From Mesotaenium endlicherianum (lineage: Eukaryota), in contig WELA01002449.1 in assembly GCA_009602735.1 (NCBI GenBank), positions 1-34,831 on the forward strand: DNA of 34,831 bases, in the 5' to 3' direction. Under the pieces are notes generated by a model, which worked only from the letters and a program-made list of their open reading frames with translations, was not told the DNA's origin and ran no database searches. The position numbers and the translations under genes are program-made. Shown here in pieces: positions 31,188-34,831 of the stretch (within the stretch, counting starts at the first letter, position 1; the number at the start of each line of letters is the position of its first letter).

Positions 31188-32362
31188 GTACCCTCGCCTC
31201 TCCTCTCAAATAACTGCCCCACTCTTCTTGGGTCGTTCACTAGCCCACCCCTGCAGTCCCGTAGCCGGCGTAGATCTGAGCAGAGCTAGGAGCGTCTGCT
31301 GGGTCGGTGTTCAGTCAGTGGGGCCAAGGTTTGGGGAAGCCTGGGTAACACCAATTGGAGAAGAGAGCTCGGAAGGCCGCTGGACAAAGTATATGCGTGT
31401 AGCAGGGGGCGCTCAAGTGGCAGTAAGCGCGCAGGAAGCAGTGGGCCTCGAAGCTAGCCGTAGCAACATCTACGTGTCATCTTCTCATTTGCCCTGCGGC
31501 CAGTTGGGGGCCGCTGAAGCTCGAGAGCTGCTGACTGTGTACTCCCACACGCGCGTGCGCAAGGTTGTTGACCTTGCTGAGATATGATGAGGTGCATTGC
31601 TTTGAGGAGAGCCCCTCGGCTCCGCATGCACAAGCACAGTTCTTGCAGGAAGCGAGGGCAGGCCTCCCAGCCTTAGTGTGCTCGCATATGGCGTTGGTGC
31701 ACAACCACCACGGGCTGTATGCAAGCGGCTATCTGCCAAGACGGTGAGGTGGTGCCGTCTAGTAGCAGGGCAAAGTGGAGGGGTGCTCTACTATGGCATT
31801 GGCTGCCTGAGTAGCTGCTTGTGGCACATGTGAGATTAGGATTGTGGCCGGAGATGAAAGACTCGAAGAAGGTAAGTGGGAAGGGGAGGGGGAGGGCAAG
31901 GGGAAGCGGAGGCCGCACTGTGAGTTGACGGAGGCAAAAGGAATGAGTGAAGAAACTGGGTGGGTGTAGTAAGAGCTTGGAAGGTCGGGAGGATCCTGCG
32001 CTTTGTTGCAGCGAATACGGTCCTTGGACCATCAGTGTGAGTGGGAGGTTTGAGAGACTGGGAGGGAGCACTTCGCAGCCTACGCCATGGGCGTATGCAA
32101 CTGCTAGTGGGACTTGGACTGTGCCTGTGACACTGGGACTGGGTGTGGGACTGTGACTGGCCGCCCTGATCAGTCTCTGCCTCCTCTCTCCGGCGTGCTC
32201 CAGGCTCCCAGTGTACTTTGTGTTGTTCGCGGACAGAAGCATTTGTGCAAGCAGCTCCCCTTGTTGGTTCTGCCGTTTCCTCTATGGAGCCTTGCTAGCC
32301 GAGCAAGTTTGAAAGAGCTGAAAGTGCAGTTCTTCTGACTGCTGCCGCTTGCGTGATAATCG

Positions 32363-32521
32363 GATGGGGATGGGGATGGGGATGGTGATGGGGATGGCAT
32401 GGGGGCGTTTTTTCTGGTGGGGGGGGGGGGNNNNNNNNNNNNNNNNNNNNNNNNNNNNNNNNNNNNNNNNNNNNNNNNNNNNNNNNNNNNNNNNNNNNNN
32501 NNNNNNNGGGGGGGGGGGGGG
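32363..32521. other. (ATGGGG)n repeat, poly-G and assembly gap (N 32431-32507)
   Basis: Seen directly in the sequence. Confidence 0.9.
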
Positions 32522-32535
32522 AGGACTTTATGCAG

Positions 32536-32714
32536 GCATCACCGCTCTCTGGGCTGCAGCAGCTGCACTTGTGCCGGCCATGCAGAAGGGCGACGACACC
32601 GCCCGCAGCTTGCACATTGCGCTCAACGTCATCAACCTCGCCCTCTTCGTGTGGCAGATTCCCACCGGCTTGGAGATTGTCGCCAAGGTGTGGGAGTTTG
32701 CCCCATGGCCTTGA
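32536..32714 (+). CDS. DUF4079-family protein, exon 4 (spliced product 306 aa; resembles Arabidopsis At3g61870, from memory)
   Basis: TGCAG acceptor with matching phase; GITALWAAAAALVPAMQKG...ARSLHIALN...WQIPTG...WP stop. Confidence 0.92.
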
Positions 32715-34831
32715 AGGCTATTAAGATTTCTTCTTCTTCTTTCTTGTGTCTTTTTATTCTCTGATGTAGAGACTGACAGTTCAGGCCATGAGCCTCCAAT
32801 TTCAGGGATCTGATAGAAACGGATGTAAACTAGAATTTGTGTTATAACGCTGCGATGTTTTTTCAAGACTTCAGGTTAATCTGCTATAGAGCAGCCACAC
32901 TTGGGGCTCATCTCGAAGGAGAGAGTATGATCGAGCACCGATTGTGCAAGACAATCTAGTGCCTGTTGATATCTTCTGAAGACCAAATAATTTGAATGAT
33001 CAGCTCTTGTGATTTTACAGTCAGTAATTGGAAAGATTGGATCCAGCTTTACTGGAGTAATATAAACGCAAGTCTCATGAAATCTATTGTGTTGGATAAG
33101 AGGCACCATGCTTGGCCAGCAGCTGTGTTCAACTTCAGCGTACGTTTGATTCTTGCGAGTGTGGCCAAATAGAGAGGTGGTCTGTTATCCGGTTGCCATC
33201 TCTGGAGCTGTTTGTCAGTCACCTACTTGTACCAGCATACACTTGTAACTACGTCAATACTATAATGCAGCAGCAGCAAGTGGGGAACTTGTTCCTACTA
33301 TGCATGCCTGGATGTAGTTACCAATATTTTTTACGTGTCATCAAAGTCGTGCAATTTGAACATGCATCGGGAAACGGTACCTTGTCAGGCCCATGCCCTT
33401 GATTTACAAGCATTTGCCTTCGAGTATTCTCATGCCGACGGCAACATAAGACAGATTATTGCGCACTGGCAAAACACTCAGCACCTAATTGATGATCTCT
33501 GCTCAATCTGTACTGAGGTCACTATATCCTTGGCATGCAAAAGGGACACTTGGCCCCTCTCCGTTTTCGAATATTTTACGTCAGCTTTCTCTGTGCTAGC
33601 TGTGCATGCCAGCATCTTGTAGCTTCATCACTCCAGCCTAAAATGAAGGGACAAATAAACAAAAGTTACTACACCATGGCTCAACGAGCTGAAGCATACC
33701 TGCATTTGTGCTCTCGAGCAAGCATCAGGATATAAAAAGGCAGATGCATACACGAGAAATTGTGAGCCTCGATAGGTGCTGGGGCCATTGGCAGCTAGTT
33801 TGTACTTAGGCAGTGGTAGGAGGAGCTACAGCTATGACAAATAATTATTTAGACACCAAGGCAGCAGAACTTAAAGAATAGATACCAAGTGCAGCACAAG
33901 GGAGAAGCTAGATACTGCTGAGCCAGTTTGTCAACACCTATGGTCTACCTTCTACCGATGCTTCCACATAAGTAGACCGAGACGTCCTCAAGACTTTTCA
34001 CTTGGAGCAAGAGGAGAGCCCACGTACTCTTTGCCCACCAGAGAAGTGACAAAAAGTACTCATATCCTCAGCTCAACAAGAAAAATGGAGACGGTTGATC
34101 CCGACGCTCATGCTTACAGACATGGTGAGCAGCATTCAGCGCCAGCTACACATACATGGCTGCTCTTCAAAGAGTTCCACACCATCCCCAATGAAGTCCC
34201 GCAATCACTAAGCACCCCCCTCCCGCCACCTACGCCCCCCTCCACCTGCTCCCGGCTCATGCAAGAATACAGCAGACGGGCTTGACCTGCAGCCTTCCCT
34301 ATCAGCTGCCGTTGTGATGACAGGTGTACACTGCCTTAGAATCCAGTACCATGCAGGAGCACATACCTCCAACCTCCGTTGAGCCGATGCTAGAGAGCAT
34401 ATCAACAACCGGCCAGTAAGTATGGTGGGGGAGGGGGGGGGACAAAAAAAAACAGAAAAAAACATCACGTTGCAAACACGATATGCGGGGCGATGACACA
34501 CTCGGTGCAAGGCTCAGCCTAGGGGGCTAGCGCCAGCATCGCCTCAGAGGGCAGCAGATGGAGTTCCCTCAAATTTCTGACACAAGGAGTAAACTCCCCG
34601 CTCCTCCTTTGGAGCTACCGTTGGGGCAAAACTGCACGACAATAGCAGTGCCCCCCCTCTCCGACAAAGCCACAGGCGGCACCAGGCTCCGGCTAGAGCT
34701 TGCGAGGAGTGCGTGGCGCAACTCCAGGCGATAGGAAACACCGACTGAGCAATCAGTGACGAGTCTGAGGATGAGTTTCTAGGAACTCAGCTGCTGATAC
34801 AGAGCTGCCAGATGTCACCCCCAACCTTTCT

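Noticed and set aside
29730..32400. Many overlapping ORFs of 60-255 aa
   Set aside because: Antisense or intronic shadows of the GC-rich DUF4079 exons and microsatellites.
34753..34831. Possible C-terminal exon of a minus-strand gene (ERLGVTSGSSVSAAEFLETHPQTRH*)
   Set aside because: Only 25 codons at the window edge, with no recognisable motif.

Overview
Eukaryotic DNA, most likely from a green plant or streptophyte alga. Positions 1-24764 are a deep nest of Ty3/gypsy LTR retrotransposons in three LTR families, which I call A, C and D; A and C carry chromodomains. The centrepiece is an apparently intact family-A element (14593-23413, TSD TACTC). It has gag, a -1-frameshifted pol (PR-RT-RH-IN-chromodomain) and an extra 558-aa sense ORF3 between pol and the 3' LTR. 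ORF3 has no env-like features, is preceded by conserved spliceosomal signals (YACTAAC branch point, CAG acceptor) and lies between two copies of the polypurine tract. Two degenerate A copies carry a strongly diverged second ORF3 type, and in one of them pol is joined to ORF3 exactly at the predicted splice acceptor. Family D shares A's LTR termini and shows no coding sequence in the visible part. To the right are a truncated Lys-rich ORF with degenerate repeats, a hAT-type MITE (8-bp TSD), an old RT relic and a 4-exon host gene for a DUF4079-family plastid membrane protein (28703-32714). All identity figures are by-eye estimates; no searches were run.
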